Shown one piece after another: positions 9,752 through 21,610 of a DNA stretch of 64,000 nt. The notes below the pieces were generated by a model. It was not told where the DNA came from and searched no databases. It saw only the letters and a program-made list of their open reading frames with translations. This DNA is from Candidatus Bathyarchaeota archaeon (GTDB taxonomy: Archaea > Thermoproteota > Bathyarchaeia > Bathyarchaeales > Bathycorpusculaceae). The stretch spans positions 192,001 to 256,000 of the forward strand of contig CAWHDT010000001.1 of NCBI GenBank assembly GCA_963828195.1, in the 5' to 3' direction. Position 1 is the first letter of the stretch; the number at the start of each line of letters is the position of its first letter. A program made the position numbers and the translations under genes.

Positions 9752-11572
9752 ATGGAGAACAAAAGTCAACTTAACCGTTCAATAGACAGCGCATCAAAAC
9801 ATTACTCCTCCATGTTTTCTCTTCCATCATTCAAAAACGCCGTCTTGCTTCTCGCAGCAGTTTGCATAATAGCCGGCCTCTCCACATCTTTTGTCTCCTC
9901 AACTTATGGATTGATCGATGCCTTAGCCTTTGGCATTTCACTTTTCGCGTTAACCATAGCAGCCGACTTGATAATAACCCAGCTGCTTCTAAGACAAGAC
10001 GTGATTTATTCGTTGCGCCGCACTTTGACGCTCTCTCTTGTAGGTTGGCTCTTCTGGCTCATTTTCATGCTCATAGGACTCGCCTTAAGTTTCCCTTTTG
10101 GATTTTTAACTTGGGTTAAACTATGCCTCATGGGCTACGCAGCCGTCATCACCCTTAGAGCCGTCGTGTTTATCGCAACCTCATCTGATGCAACCTGGAG
10201 AAAACTGGCGTCAGTTCTGCTTAACCCAATCCTTTGCGTAGCAGCGTTTGTTGTTTTTTGGGCTGAGGTTCCAGCGGTAAACTTGATTCAGATTTCACCT
10301 CTCTTAGTTCTCTTTCCAGTAGTCGCCTGCACGGCAGTTTTCGTTTTTATGTCGTCTCTGGAGCGTCTTGGTCGAAAGTTCTCGGTAGATTCTTTTCCCC
10401 TGTTTAGAGCCTTCATGCTTAACTGGGTGGATTCACTAAACAAGCCGCTTGAGGACCAATTTGAAAAAACAGGCGAAAACGTTGACGTCGAAGTTAATTT
10501 TCTCAAGTTCGATGCATCCAAGCCTAAAGCCGCCATCATAGTTCCGCAGGTTCATCCTGGCCCATTCAAAAACATCGGCAGCAGCCTCTTGCCGTCGCTG
10601 ATGAAGCAGGAATTCGAGAAAGAGTTCGGCTGCCAAGCCTGCGTTCCCTTAGGTATTCTGGGGCACGAGCTTGACTTAGCTTCCCAAGCGCAAAACCACA
10701 AAATAATCTCGCAGGTTATTGCTTCAGCCAAGTTTGCGGCGACATCGGATTTAGCTTCGCCCTGCGTTAAAGCCACTGAGGACGTCGCAACTGCCTCCTG
10801 CCAAATTTTCGGTGACACAGCCTTTGTTTCTTTCTCGCTTGCCCCAGAGACCACTGAAGATTTGCCGCAGGAGTTAGGTCGCATGGTTACTGAGGAGGCA
10901 TCTAAATACGGATTAAAGTCGGCAGTAGTGACTAACACCCATAACAGCATCACAGATGTGGTTGAGGTTGAGAAGTACGTGGATGCCCTGCAAACAGCGG
11001 CTTCCAAGTGCCTGCAGAAAGCCGTTTCGTTGCAGACTGAACGGTTCATGGTGGGGGCAGCCACCGTTTACCCCAAAGAGTTCACCCTGAAAGAGGGGAT
11101 GGGCGCAGGCGGCATTACAGCGACGGTTGTTCAGGTTGGTGAACAGAAAACCGCATATGTAGTAATCGACGGCAACAACATGATTTCGGGTTTAAGGGAG
11201 AAAATCCTTGTCGCTTTAACTTCGTTAGGGTTCAATGAAGGCGAGGTGTTCACCACGGACACTCATGCAGTAAGCGCCTTATCTTCTGGGCGGAGTACAC
11301 GGCGCGGTTACCACCCTGTCGGCGAAGTAATGAACCACGAGGTCCTTATACGTTACATCATTGATGTCGCCAAAAAGGCAGAGTCCACCTTGGAGTCGTC
11401 CAAAGCAGGAGCCGTTCACCTTGTTGTTCCACAGGTCAGAGTTATCGGCGAAACCCATCTTCAGGCTATATCTACGCTGGTTGACAAGTCGATTCAAAAG
11501 GCAAAACAAATGTTGCTTCCCATCTTCGGTTTAGAAGGGCTCATTTTAATTTTGCTTCTGCTGCTCTTTTAG
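9752..11572 (+). CDS. DUF2070 family membrane protein
   Basis: N-terminal TM bundle, VHPGPFKNIGSS, HNS, DGNNM, TTDTH. Confidence 0.85.
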   Translation: MENKSQLNRSIDSASKHYSSMFSLPSFKNAVLLLAAVCIIAGLSTSFVSSTYGLIDALAFGISLFALTIAADLIITQLLLRQDVIYSLRRTLTLSLVGWLFWLIFMLIGLALSFPFGFLTWVKLCLMGYAAVITLRAVVFIATSSDATWRKLASVLLNPILCVAAFVVFWAEVPAVNLIQISPLLVLFPVVACTAVFVFMSSLERLGRKFSVDSFPLFRAFMLNWVDSLNKPLEDQFEKTGENVDVEVNFLKFDASKPKAAIIVPQVHPGPFKNIGSSLLPSLMKQEFEKEFGCQACVPLGILGHELDLASQAQNHKIISQVIASAKFAATSDLASPCVKATEDVATASCQIFGDTAFVSFSLAPETTEDLPQELGRMVTEEASKYGLKSAVVTNTHNSITDVVEVEKYVDALQTAASKCLQKAVSLQTERFMVGAATVYPKEFTLKEGMGAGGITATVVQVGEQKTAYVVIDGNNMISGLREKILVALTSLGFNEGEVFTTDTHAVSALSSGRSTRRGYHPVGEVMNHEVLIRYIIDVAKKAESTLESSKAGAVHLVVPQVRVIGETHLQAISTLVDKSIQKAKQMLLPIFGLEGLILILLLLLF

Positions 11573-11644
11573 CCCGCCGCCAATTGCCCGTGCGTAAAGG
11601 TTAATATTGCTTCTTTCCTAGACGCTTAACTGGAGTTGTGTCCA

Positions 11645-12982
11645 ATGGTTGTTTATCCAAAAATTGTTGTTTCTCCGCCCGGCCCAAAAGCTAGAGAACT
11701 TGTTCAGAAAGATGAGCAGTTTGTTTCTCCATCATACACTCGCTATTACCCTCTTGTTGTTGAGTCAGCAAATGATTGCACAGTTAAGGACGTTGATGGA
11801 AACGAGTACATTGACCTTAACGCTGGCATATGCTGCATGAACGTTGGTCATGGCCATCCGCGTGTGGTTGAGGCGATAAAAAACCAATGCGACCGTTTTC
11901 TACATTACTCCAACACCGACTTCTACTACAAAGAAGCAATTAACCTAGCAGAGAAGCTTGTGAAAATTGCCCCGGGTGAATTTGAGAAGAAGGTCTATTT
12001 TGGAAACAGCGGCACCGAGGCAGTTGAAGCAGCAATCAAGCTTGCCAGATGGCACACGCGTAAACCATTATTCATCGGGTTCATAAACGCTTTTCACGGA
12101 CGAACAATGGGGTCGTTAGCTTTTACCGCCAGCAAACCAGCGCAGAGAAGCCATTTTTCTCCCCTTATGCCCGGTGTCTCTCATGTTCCTTACCCCTACT
12201 GTTACCGTTGCCCATTCAAGTTGGAACAGCCTAGCTGTAATTATTGGTGTGCAGACTTCATCGAAGAGCAAGTGCTGCAAAAATTTATGCCTCCTGAAGA
12301 TGTGGCAGCGATTCTTTTTGAACCAATCCAGGGCGAAGGCGGCTATGTGGTTCCTCCGCCAGAGTTTTTCCCAAAACTAAAAAAAATCGCTGACAAAAAC
12401 AGTTTGCTGCTAATCGACGATGAAGTACAATCTGGCATGGGTAGGACGGGGAAATGGTTCGCCATTGAACACTGGGGCATTGAGCCCGATATAATCTGCA
12501 CTTCAAAGGCTTTAGCTTCAGGCTTACCCATCGGCGCCACAATTGCTAAAGCGAAAATTATGGATTGGACAAGCGGTTCGCACGCGAGCACTTTCGGCGG
12601 AAATCCGCTGTCATGCGCTGCCGCAAACGCGGTTATAGATGTCATTAAGGAGCAGCAGTTACTGGATAACGCCAACAAGCAAGGTGCTTACGCATTGAAA
12701 AGGCTGGAGGAGTTGAAAGAAAACTGCGGTATCGTGGGGGATGTACGCGGTAAAGGTCTGATGATCGGCATTGAACTTGTTGAGAACATTGAAACAAAGA
12801 AGCATGCGCCCGAGAAGGCTTTTCAGGTCATTTTGCGGTCTTGGAAACGAGGAGTAGCCGTTGTTACTTGCGGTTCCTCCACGCTCAGAATTGCTCCGCC
12901 GCTTACTATACAAACTGACCTGCTGGACGCCGCTTTGGATATAGTTGAAGACACGATTAACGAGGTTGCGAAAGAAAGCTAA
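11645..12982 (+). CDS. Class III PLP aminotransferase (acetylornithine/GABA aminotransferase family)
   Basis: NSGTEAVEAA, FHGRT, EPIQGEGG, DEVQSGMGRTG, SKAL, HASTFGGNP. Confidence 0.92.
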   Translation: MVVYPKIVVSPPGPKARELVQKDEQFVSPSYTRYYPLVVESANDCTVKDVDGNEYIDLNAGICCMNVGHGHPRVVEAIKNQCDRFLHYSNTDFYYKEAINLAEKLVKIAPGEFEKKVYFGNSGTEAVEAAIKLARWHTRKPLFIGFINAFHGRTMGSLAFTASKPAQRSHFSPLMPGVSHVPYPYCYRCPFKLEQPSCNYWCADFIEEQVLQKFMPPEDVAAILFEPIQGEGGYVVPPPEFFPKLKKIADKNSLLLIDDEVQSGMGRTGKWFAIEHWGIEPDIICTSKALASGLPIGATIAKAKIMDWTSGSHASTFGGNPLSCAAANAVIDVIKEQQLLDNANKQGAYALKRLEELKENCGIVGDVRGKGLMIGIELVENIETKKHAPEKAFQVILRSWKRGVAVVTCGSSTLRIAPPLTIQTDLLDAALDIVEDTINEVAKES

Positions 12983-12983
12983 G

Positions 12984-13538
12984 CTATCTTGGCTTCACAT
13001 TTTTCTTTGTTCTGCGAGGCTTTCGCTTGAGTTCTGTGCCGCAAACTTGGCATTCTTTCGTTGAGCAGTTGGCAGGGTATTCCCGGTAACACGCTGGACA
13101 ATACCTTATCCACTCTAAAAGCCGCTTGATACCGAAAGTTGCGAGCGCCGAAAAATCCATTCCAAGCTGCGTGGCAACGTTTTGAATCGAATAGTCATCA
13201 GTTACAACTTGAGGGGTGAAACCCTCTGCTTTCAACTCCAAAGCCAACGACAAAAGCTGAACGTCGGTTTCTGATAATTTGAAAGAGTCACCTACTTTAC
13301 TTGCGGAGGCTTTTACTTTCCTCAAAAACTCTTCCGAAGGAGCTTTAACCGTCAACTTTCCACTTTCCAAGGCTGTTTTGAACCTTACCAAAACCATCGA
13401 GTCTTTTCTTATTTCTTCTTCAACCTTAGGAACGGTTACCTGCTCTTCGCTCAAAGAGAACGGGTCGAAGCCGGCTAAAAACGCAGAAGTGTCTAGAACC
13501 ATGACTCGTTTACGCAGGTCGCCACTTTGGTTTTTCAT
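12984..13538 (-). CDS. nob1: Nob1 PIN-domain endonuclease
   Basis: VLDTSAF, LSETD, TDDYSIQNVA, C-terminal Zn ribbon. Confidence 0.9.
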   Translation of the reverse strand: MKNQSGDLRKRVMVLDTSAFLAGFDPFSLSEEQVTVPKVEEEIRKDSMVLVRFKTALESGKLTVKAPSEEFLRKVKASASKVGDSFKLSETDVQLLSLALELKAEGFTPQVVTDDYSIQNVATQLGMDFSALATFGIKRLLEWIRYCPACYREYPANCSTKECQVCGTELKRKPRRTKKNVKPR

Positions 13539-14374
13539 TCTGTTCCCTTAAAAAGTAGCCGGCTTTTCAGTCGGTCGTAAAAGTCATTTTCGAAGCGGAT
13601 GAAGGAAGTGACGTTTTTGGATGCTTTGACTTCTAAGGTTGGCTCTTTGCAGTTTATCTGTTTACGGTATTTTCCATCAATGAGAACAAGGATTTTCTTC
13701 GCTCTTATCACATTGAAAACGAGGGTGGAGTCTGCGGGGAAAACAAGCGAATGGAAGACTGTTAACGGGCAAATGGGAGTTAAAACTAAAGCACCTATTG
13801 TAGGGTCTAAAACTGGTCCGCCTGCAGAAAAAGAGTAACCGGTGGAGCCTGTTTCGGTGGCTACAATCAAACCGTCCGATTGGCAATTCAGAATAGGTTT
13901 GCCATCTTTACATATCTGGGTATAAAGTATTTTTGAAGGTTCACCTGCAGAAATAACTACATCGTTTAAGGCATCAGGCAACGTGTCTTCGCCCGCAATG
14001 ACGGATAGTTTTGCTGATTTTTCTATTTTGTAGTCGCCTTCAAGGATTTTATTGACCGATTCAAAAGCGTTTTTCGGTTCCACTTCAGTTAAGAATCCTC
14101 GGAGTCCCATGTTTATTGCTAAAATTGGCGGTTCAGGCTTAGCAAGGCCGATGCACGTCCGCAGGATTGTTCCGTCGCCGCCGATTGTTATTACGAAGTC
14201 AGTTTTCATCTGTGAAAGGGGAACCATTTCTTCATGTGTGGTGACTTTTCCAGATAACGTGTCTTCTAAGAATACTTTCAAGTCTTTCTTTTTTAAGTAC
14301 TCAGCCAACTCGTCTGTTAGCTTTAAAGCCTGTTTTTTATCGTCACGAGCGATTAATCCCACACTTTTGAACAC
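13535..14374 (-). CDS. nadK: NAD kinase
   Basis: GGDGTIL, GFLTE, DG...TGSTGYSFSAGGP. Confidence 0.93.
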   Translation of the reverse strand: MFKSVGLIARDDKKQALKLTDELAEYLKKKDLKVFLEDTLSGKVTTHEEMVPLSQMKTDFVITIGGDGTILRTCIGLAKPEPPILAINMGLRGFLTEVEPKNAFESVNKILEGDYKIEKSAKLSVIAGEDTLPDALNDVVISAGEPSKILYTQICKDGKPILNCQSDGLIVATETGSTGYSFSAGGPVLDPTIGALVLTPICPLTVFHSLVFPADSTLVFNVIRAKKILVLIDGKYRKQINCKEPTLEVKASKNVTSFIRFENDFYDRLKSRLLFKGTE

Positions 14375-14651
14375 AATTTCACGGCTCTGTAAAATAGCGT
14401 AACCTTAATCTATATTAGCTCTTTCGGTTGAGACGCCTCTATTTTCCACATTTTCCTTCTTTTTCTTTGTTTATTTGCAAGAAGAAAGTTGATTTTCAAA
14501 TGCGATTGAAGCAAAAAGAGAGTGTTGACTGCTTTTTTGCTGGTTTTTAAAATTAATTATTTTAAGTAAATACAGAATTCTCTTCAGCGCATAAATTGAC
14601 AACGTTTATATGCGAATAAGAAAAACAAATCTTTGCATAGGATGAGTTATT

Positions 14652-16583
14652 ATGGGCAAGTCCCTTACTCGAAAGATATTAGAAAAACATCTTGTAGTAG
14701 GAGAATACGTAGCCGGTACAGAAATCGGAATAAAAATTGATCAAACCCTGACCCAAGACGCCACGGGAACGATGGCTTACCTTCAGTTTGAGGCAATGGG
14801 TTTGAAACAGGTAAAGACCGAGCTTTCCGTGAGCTATGTGGATCATAATACCATCCAAGTGGGTTTTGAGAACGCTGACGACCACAAGTACCTCCAAACG
14901 GTGGCAGCCAAATATGGCGTTATTTACTCGAAGGCGGGAAACGGAATTTGCCATCAAGTTCATCTGGAAAGGTTCGGTATACCAGGCAAGACGCTTCTAG
15001 GTTCCGACAGCCATACTACGACGGGCGGCGGGATTGGCATGGTAGCAATTGGGGCTGGCGGGCTCGATGTTGCGGTAGCTATGGGCGGAGGAGAGTTCTA
15101 CTTAACTTGTCCAAAAGTATACAAAATAAACCTCAAAGGCAGTCTTCAGCCTTGGGTAAGCGCCAAAGACGTGGTTTTGAAGATTCTAGAGATGTTCACT
15201 ACAAAAGGCAATGTCGGCGTCATCATGGAGTATGATGGACCAGGAGTAAAAACTCTGTCTGTTCCTGAGAGAGCAACAATAACCAACATGGGCGCAGAGA
15301 TGGGTGTCACAACCTCTATATTCCCCTCAGACGAAGAGACCCGAAAGTTCCTCAAGGCGCAGGGCAGGGAGAAAGATTGGGTTGAACTAAAAGCTGACGC
15401 TGATGCTGAATACGATAAGGTCGTGGAGTTTGACCTTGGCGCGGTCGAGCCTCTTGCGGCGGCGCCGCATAGCCCAGGCAATATAGTGCGGGTCAGCGAC
15501 ATGAAAGATATGAACGTGGACCAAGTGATGCTTGGCTCCTGCACCAATTCATCCTACAAAGAAATAGCCACCGCCGCTAAAATCATGAAAGGCAAAAAAG
15601 TTCACCCCGACGTGTCATTCGGAGTGGCACCGGGTTCAAGACAAGTTCTCCAGATGGCGACACGAGACGGTTACATCGGTGACCTGCTGGATTCCGGCGC
15701 TAGAATGTTGGAGGCGACGTGCGGATTCTGCATAGGCAACAGTCAAAGCCCGAAATCAACCGGCGTTTCCCTTAGGACAAGCAACAGAAATTTCGAGGGA
15801 AGAAGCGGCACCCAAGACGCACTAGTCTACCTTGTAAGTCCTGAAGTCGCAGCTGTTTCAGCTATAACTGGAAAAATAACGGATCCACGAAAAGCCGGAA
15901 TAGAGTACCCGAAAGTTAGCATGCCAACAAAATTCCTAATAGACGATTCAATGTTCATTTTCCCTAAACCTCAAGACAAGGACATTGAAATTGTCAGAGG
16001 ACCCAACATAGGTTCACCGCCAGTTAACGACAAACTGCCCGATGACATAAAGGGTAACGTCGGGATAAAAGTGGGCGACAAAATCACAACAGACCACATA
16101 ATGCCCGCAGGCGCCAGACTCAAGTACAGATCCAACGTGCCAAAGTACTCAGAATTTGTCTTCGAACAGATTGACCCCATGTTCTCCAAGAGAGCTATGG
16201 ACGCCAAGAAAAAAGGATTACACACTATAATAGTCGCCGGCGAATCTTACGGTCAAGGAAGCTCCAGGGAGCACGCCGCACTATGCCCTATGTATCTAGG
16301 CGTAAAAGCAATTGTAGCCAAGTCAGTTGAGCGGATCCACGCAGCGAACCTTGTAAACTTCGGCATAATCTCGTTATCCTTCAAAAACATGGCGGACTAT
16401 GACAAGGTAGAGCAGGGCGACGAGATCGAAATACCCAACGTAAAAAAGAAATTGCAAAACAACGAGCCAGTCATCTTGGTTGACAAGACCAAGAACCTGA
16501 AAATCGAGCTTGGATACAGCCTTTCCCAGAGGCAAAAAGACATTCTTTACGAGGGCGGTTTGCTTTCGTACACGGTGAAGTAA
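14652..16583 (+). CDS. acn: Aconitate hydratase
   Basis: QDATG, DHN, GICHQ, DSHT, SCTN, CGFCIG, NRNFEGR, TTDHI, YGQGSSREHAA. Confidence 0.92.
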   Translation: MGKSLTRKILEKHLVVGEYVAGTEIGIKIDQTLTQDATGTMAYLQFEAMGLKQVKTELSVSYVDHNTIQVGFENADDHKYLQTVAAKYGVIYSKAGNGICHQVHLERFGIPGKTLLGSDSHTTTGGGIGMVAIGAGGLDVAVAMGGGEFYLTCPKVYKINLKGSLQPWVSAKDVVLKILEMFTTKGNVGVIMEYDGPGVKTLSVPERATITNMGAEMGVTTSIFPSDEETRKFLKAQGREKDWVELKADADAEYDKVVEFDLGAVEPLAAAPHSPGNIVRVSDMKDMNVDQVMLGSCTNSSYKEIATAAKIMKGKKVHPDVSFGVAPGSRQVLQMATRDGYIGDLLDSGARMLEATCGFCIGNSQSPKSTGVSLRTSNRNFEGRSGTQDALVYLVSPEVAAVSAITGKITDPRKAGIEYPKVSMPTKFLIDDSMFIFPKPQDKDIEIVRGPNIGSPPVNDKLPDDIKGNVGIKVGDKITTDHIMPAGARLKYRSNVPKYSEFVFEQIDPMFSKRAMDAKKKGLHTIIVAGESYGQGSSREHAALCPMYLGVKAIVAKSVERIHAANLVNFGIISLSFKNMADYDKVEQGDEIEIPNVKKKLQNNEPVILVDKTKNLKIELGYSLSQRQKDILYEGGLLSYTVK

Positions 16584-16601
16584 CATTAGAGGGTGATTCA
16601 G

Positions 16602-17819
16602 ATGGACAAAATCAAGGTTAAGAACACAATTGTAGAGATAGACGGAGACGAAATGACCCGAGTAATGTGGCATATGGTCAAAGACGAGCTTCTTCTGCCC
16701 TACTTAGACATGAACATAGCTTACTATGACCTGCAACTGAAGAAAAGAGATGAAACTGACGACAAAATAACCCTCGAGGCGGCTGAGGCAATTAAAAAAT
16801 ACGGTGTTGGAGTAAAGTGCGCCACTATTACGCCGAACAAAGAGCGGGTTAAGGAATATCACCTTAAGCAGGAATGGCAAAGCCCCAACGGAACTATCAG
16901 GGCGGCGCTTGACGGCACAGTCTTCCGCGCTCCTATTCTAGTAAAAAACATTCCCCCTTCCGTCAGGTCTTGGACGAAACCCATCCACATCGGAAGACAT
17001 GCCTATGGCGACGTTTACAAGAACTGCGAGTTCAGGGTGCCTGAAGCTGGAAAAGCTGAGTTAACCTTCACGAACGCCGCCGGCAAGGAACTTTGGCGCG
17101 GCACTATTCAAGATTTCAAAGGTCCAGGCATCATCCAAGGAATCCACAACACCGACAAATCCATAACAAGCTTCGCAAAGGCATGCTTCACCTACGCTTA
17201 TGACCAAAAGCTTCACTTGTGGTTCGGCGCAAAAGACACGATTTCAAAAACTTATGACGCTCAATTCCGCAAGATATTCGAAGAGGAATACCAGAATAAT
17301 TGGAAGGCAAAATTCGAAGCGGCGGGTCTTGACTATTTCTTCACCCTCATCGACGATGCGGTCGCCAGAATAATGAAGGCAGAGGGCGGCATGCTTTGGG
17401 CTTGCAAAAACTACGATGGCGACGTCATGAGCGACATGCTCGGCTCAGCCTACGGCAGCCTAGCGATGATGACCTCAGTTCTTGTTAGCCCTCAAGGATA
17501 CTACGAGTTTGAAGCTTCTCACGGGACCGTTCAGAAGCACTATTACAAGTATATGAAGGGTGAAAAGACCTCAAGCAACTCTATGGCTCTAATATTTGCG
17601 TGGACAGGCTGCCTCAAAAAGAGAGGCGAATTAGACCAGACACCAGAAGTCATAAAGTTCGCAGAGAAGCTCGAAGAGGCGGCTCTTGAAACTGTCGAAA
17701 GCGGCATAATGACGGGCGATTTAATGGTTGTTGCCAAACCGGACCCGAAGAACAAGAAGGTCTATACAGAGGAATTCATTGCCGAAGTAGCAAAAAATCT
17801 CAAGAAAAAGCTTGAATAA
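16602..17819 (+). CDS. icd: NADP-dependent isocitrate dehydrogenase (eukaryote-like homodimeric type)
   Basis: [37 protein letters not shown]. Confidence 0.95.
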   Translation: MDKIKVKNTIVEIDGDEMTRVMWHMVKDELLLPYLDMNIAYYDLQLKKRDETDDKITLEAAEAIKKYGVGVKCATITPNKERVKEYHLKQEWQSPNGTIRAALDGTVFRAPILVKNIPPSVRSWTKPIHIGRHAYGDVYKNCEFRVPEAGKAELTFTNAAGKELWRGTIQDFKGPGIIQGIHNTDKSITSFAKACFTYAYDQKLHLWFGAKDTISKTYDAQFRKIFEEEYQNNWKAKFEAAGLDYFFTLIDDAVARIMKAEGGMLWACKNYDGDVMSDMLGSAYGSLAMMTSVLVSPQGYYEFEASHGTVQKHYYKYMKGEKTSSNSMALIFAWTGCLKKRGELDQTPEVIKFAEKLEEAALETVESGIMTGDLMVVAKPDPKNKKVYTEEFIAEVAKNLKKKLE

Positions 17820-17829
17820 GGGATAAGAC

Positions 17830-19143
17830 ATGGCGCATAAAGCGATTAGGGAAGCTGACGGCAAACGCATGCTCGCCCGTCTATTCAAAGACTACTCCGA
17901 CGGAAAATACGAAATATCGGATAAGATCGTCACTGTCGCGCCAGATACCGACATGGCAAAGCTGCCGCTTCAACACAAGTGGTTGACCACGGAAAAATTG
18001 GTTGTCAAACCCGACCAGCTGATAAAGCGCAGAGGAAAAAATAAACTCATCCTTGTAGACGCGAGCTACGACCAGGCTAAGAAGTGGATAGCGGAAAAGT
18101 CGAAGGCTCCGATAACCGTCTACGGCAAATTTGATGCGCACGGAAAACCCGTGGACAAAGGAACAGTGGGGCAACTCACGCACTTCATTATCGAGCCAAT
18201 GGTATCGCACAAGGATTCGGATGAATATTATCTTGCAATTACGTCAACCAAGGACGGCGACGCTATTTTGTTTTACCACGAAGGCGGAGTGAACGTCGGA
18301 GATGTAGATGCCAAGGCGGCACGATTAGAAGTACCCATCGGAAAATTCCCGACGCATGCGGAGATTGAGACCAAACTTATGGAAAAAGTCACCGCTGAAT
18401 GCAAGAAGCGCCTATCAGGTTTCATCGAAGCTTTGTTCAAATTCTACGCAGACCTTAACTTCACTTACCTTGAAATGAACCCCATTGTCGTGACAAAGGA
18501 ATCAGTTATCCCGCTTGACCTCGCAGCTAAACTGGACAGCACCGCCGAGTTCGAGAGCGGCAGCAAATGGGGCAACATAGAGTTTCCCGCACCCTTCGGT
18601 CGAAGTCCTTCTAAAGAAGAAGCTTTTGTTGAGGATTTGGATGCTCAGACGGGTGCTTCGCTGAAACTTACTATTCTCAACCCTGACGGAAGAGTTTGGA
18701 CTATGGTGGCAGGAGGCGGGGCATCAGTCATATACGCCGACACGATTACCGATCTTGGCTACATAAACGAGTTAGCCAACTACGGCGAATATTCGGGCGA
18801 CCCAACTGAGGAATTCACCTATCTCTACGCCAAAACAATACTTGACCTCATGACTCGAAATCCAAACCCAAAAGGCAAGTATCTGCTCATAGGCGGCGGC
18901 ATAGCAAACTTCACCGACGTAGCCAGCACATTCAAGGGCATAATTAAAGCGCTCAAAGAGTTCCAAAAGGAACTGCAGACGAACAAGGTCAAAATATACG
19001 TTCGTAGAGGTGGACCCAACTACCAAGAAGGCTTGTGCAAGATGAGAGCGCTCGGAGACATGCTCGGCGTGCCCATTGAAGTCTATGGACCGGAAACTCA
19101 CATGACCAAAATTGTTTCTTTAGCTCTGAAGGGAGGAAAATAA
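17830..19143 (+). CDS. aclB: ATP citrate lyase, ATP-grasp/citrate-binding subunit
   Basis: [44 protein letters not shown]. Confidence 0.93.
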   Translation: MAHKAIREADGKRMLARLFKDYSDGKYEISDKIVTVAPDTDMAKLPLQHKWLTTEKLVVKPDQLIKRRGKNKLILVDASYDQAKKWIAEKSKAPITVYGKFDAHGKPVDKGTVGQLTHFIIEPMVSHKDSDEYYLAITSTKDGDAILFYHEGGVNVGDVDAKAARLEVPIGKFPTHAEIETKLMEKVTAECKKRLSGFIEALFKFYADLNFTYLEMNPIVVTKESVIPLDLAAKLDSTAEFESGSKWGNIEFPAPFGRSPSKEEAFVEDLDAQTGASLKLTILNPDGRVWTMVAGGGASVIYADTITDLGYINELANYGEYSGDPTEEFTYLYAKTILDLMTRNPNPKGKYLLIGGGIANFTDVASTFKGIIKALKEFQKELQTNKVKIYVRRGGPNYQEGLCKMRALGDMLGVPIEVYGPETHMTKIVSLALKGGK

Positions 19144-19144
19144 C

Positions 19145-20998
19145 GTGTCAAAGGCAACGCCAGCCAAGAAAACCAATCCTTATGAATTATTCGACCGTAA
19201 TACACAAGCTTTCATCTACAATAACCAGATCAATGCAACGCAGCGAATGTTGGATTTTGACTATGCCTCATGCCGCGAAACACCCTCAGTAGCAGCAATA
19301 ATCAACCCAACTGGCTCAGACAGTTACTCGAAGGTCTTCTTTGGTACACGCGAGATCCTAATACCTGTGTACAAGACCATTGAGAAAGCAGCTAAGATGC
19401 ATCCTAACGTTGACGTCATGATAAACTTTGCATCCTTCAGGTCCGCAGCACCCTCCACCGAGGAAGCACTAGACATACCGCAGATAAGGACTATTGTAAT
19501 AATCGCTGAAGGAGTGCCTGAGAGGCGAACAAAACTTCTCACCGCCAAATCCAAAGCCCTCGGAAAAATCATCATCGGTCCCGCAACTGTCGGAGGCGTA
19601 AAAGCCGGCTGCTTCAAAATCGGCAACGCTGGCGGCACAATCGAAAACATCATTGAATCCAAACTTCACAGACCCGGCTCCGTAGGCTTCGTATCTAAAT
19701 CCGGCGGTCTAAGCAACGAAGCCTACAACATAATCGCTCGAAACACCGACGGCTTGTACGAAGGCATAGCCATAGGCGGAGACACATACCCATGCTCCAC
19801 ACTGATAGAACATCTATTGCGGTTTGAGAATATACCCGAGATCAAGATGCTTGTGTGCCTGGGTGAAGTTGGCGGAAACGCAGAGTACGAGATTGCCGAG
19901 GCAATTAAGAATAAGAAAATAACAAAGCCGCTGGTAATTTGGGTCACTGGAACATGTTCCAAGGCATTCAAGACGGAAGTTCAGTTCGGGCACGCTGGCG
20001 CAAAAGCAGGCTGCGAAGTGGAAACCGCCGACGCAAAGAATACAGCTCTAAAGGCTGCCGGCGCCATAGTTCCCAACTCATACGACGACTACGACCAAGC
20101 AATAAAAGCCACATACGAAAGCTTAGTCAAAAAAGGCATAATAAAACCAAAGCCAGAACCCCCCGTGCCGAAAATCCCAATGGATTATGCTAAAGCGCTC
20201 AAAGAAGGGCTCATCAGGAAACCTTCCAACTTCATCTGCACAATCTCAGATGACCGAGGCGAAGAACTGCTTTATGGCAAGATGCCCATTTCCGAGGTCT
20301 TCAACAAAGACATTGGAATCGGCGGAGTACTCAGCATCCTCTGGTTCAAACAGCAGTTTCCCCCGTACGCAACCAAATTCATAGAGATGACGATCATGGT
20401 TACAGCAGACCATGGGCCCGCAGTTTCGGGTGCCCACAACACCATTGTCGCGGCAAGAGCAGGTAAAGACTTGATGTCTTCAGTTGCGAGCGGATTGTTG
20501 ACGATTGGTCCAAGGTTCGGAGGCGCCATCGACGGTGCAGCGGAGATGTTCTCCAGCGCTTATGATAGAGGATTAACTCCGATCCAGTTTGTCGAGGAAA
20601 TGAAAGCGAAAGGTGAGAACATCCAGGGCATCGGGCACTTGGTGAAGAGTATACACAACCCTGACAAGAGAGTCACGATTCTAAAAGAATACGCGAAGAA
20701 ACACTTCAAAAACACTCCGCTCTTGGACTTTGCCCTTGAGGTGGAGAAGATCACAACAGCAAAGAAAGACAACCTTATCTTAAATGTTGATGGCTGCATC
20801 GGCATTTGCTTTGTGGACATGCTGAGGAACGAGATGCCCAAGAATGAAGCCGACGAATACGTCAGGATGGGCGGTCTGAACGGCTTATTTGTTGTGGGTA
20901 GAACTATCGGTATGACTGCGCATTACCTAGACCAGAAGCGGCTCAAACAGGGTCTTTACAGACACCCATGGGACGATATTGCCTACATGACGAAATAG
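19145..20998 (+). CDS. aclA: ATP citrate lyase, CoA-binding/citryl-CoA lyase subunit
   Basis: GPATVGG, SKSGG, phospho-His [34 protein letters not shown]. Confidence 0.93.
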   Translation: MSKATPAKKTNPYELFDRNTQAFIYNNQINATQRMLDFDYASCRETPSVAAIINPTGSDSYSKVFFGTREILIPVYKTIEKAAKMHPNVDVMINFASFRSAAPSTEEALDIPQIRTIVIIAEGVPERRTKLLTAKSKALGKIIIGPATVGGVKAGCFKIGNAGGTIENIIESKLHRPGSVGFVSKSGGLSNEAYNIIARNTDGLYEGIAIGGDTYPCSTLIEHLLRFENIPEIKMLVCLGEVGGNAEYEIAEAIKNKKITKPLVIWVTGTCSKAFKTEVQFGHAGAKAGCEVETADAKNTALKAAGAIVPNSYDDYDQAIKATYESLVKKGIIKPKPEPPVPKIPMDYAKALKEGLIRKPSNFICTISDDRGEELLYGKMPISEVFNKDIGIGGVLSILWFKQQFPPYATKFIEMTIMVTADHGPAVSGAHNTIVAARAGKDLMSSVASGLLTIGPRFGGAIDGAAEMFSSAYDRGLTPIQFVEEMKAKGENIQGIGHLVKSIHNPDKRVTILKEYAKKHFKNTPLLDFALEVEKITTAKKDNLILNVDGCIGICFVDMLRNEMPKNEADEYVRMGGLNGLFVVGRTIGMTAHYLDQKRLKQGLYRHPWDDIAYMTK

Positions 20999-21082
20999 GT
21001 GCCTTCAAAGAGCAGATAGCGGCTTTTTCTTGACCGCTAATTTTGTTTTTTCCAATTAAACGGTGAGACTTTTTTGCGCGTT

Positions 21083-21286
21083 TTACTCTTCGCTCTCAAC
21101 CAAACGTCTGAGCCATTCTAAATAATCATTTCCGGAAAGCCACTCAACGTAAGGTTTTTCTGAGTTCGTTAACGGTACAATCCGCACAAAATGACGACCA
21201 TCCGCAGTCTTAAACAAAACAGCCTTGAAGTCACCAAAGTCACTAACGCCTTCAGCAATCTTTTCCATTTTGTTAAACACACTCAT
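21083..21286 (-). CDS. Small hypothetical protein
   Basis: 67 aa ATG-start ORF with an AT-rich TATA-like region upstream. Confidence 0.55.
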   Translation of the reverse strand: MSVFNKMEKIAEGVSDFGDFKAVLFKTADGRHFVRIVPLTNSEKPYVEWLSGNDYLEWLRRLVESEE

Positions 21287-21610
21287 TAAACCAGTATTAT
21301 TTGAGTTTTAGATATAAAATTAACTCAACTCACGCTTAATTTTGTAGTTTTTTGTTTGGCGTTAATCATTTTGAGTAATTTCGTGGGAAGCCCCTTGAAA
21401 GGCAATGTACGTACAGAGGGAGTCAGCGTTTTAGGAGAACTTTCCCCTAACATTACCCACTCCTCAAAAAACCGGTGAACTTACGCCTTTTACTCTGTGG
21501 AATGATTATGGGAACTCTGGAATTTTGCTTAATTGTTAAAAACTAAATAAATATCTATATATGGTTGTTGTTCAGAATGTTTTGGGTAGAACAGTACTAT
21601 TGGTGAATGT

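Noticed and set aside
21325-21520. Possible 42 aa minus-strand ORF (MLGESSPK...) with an SD-like GAGGAGTG, and local hairpins
   Set aside because: Single copy, no recognisable motif, weak pairing; cannot be supported as CDS or RNA
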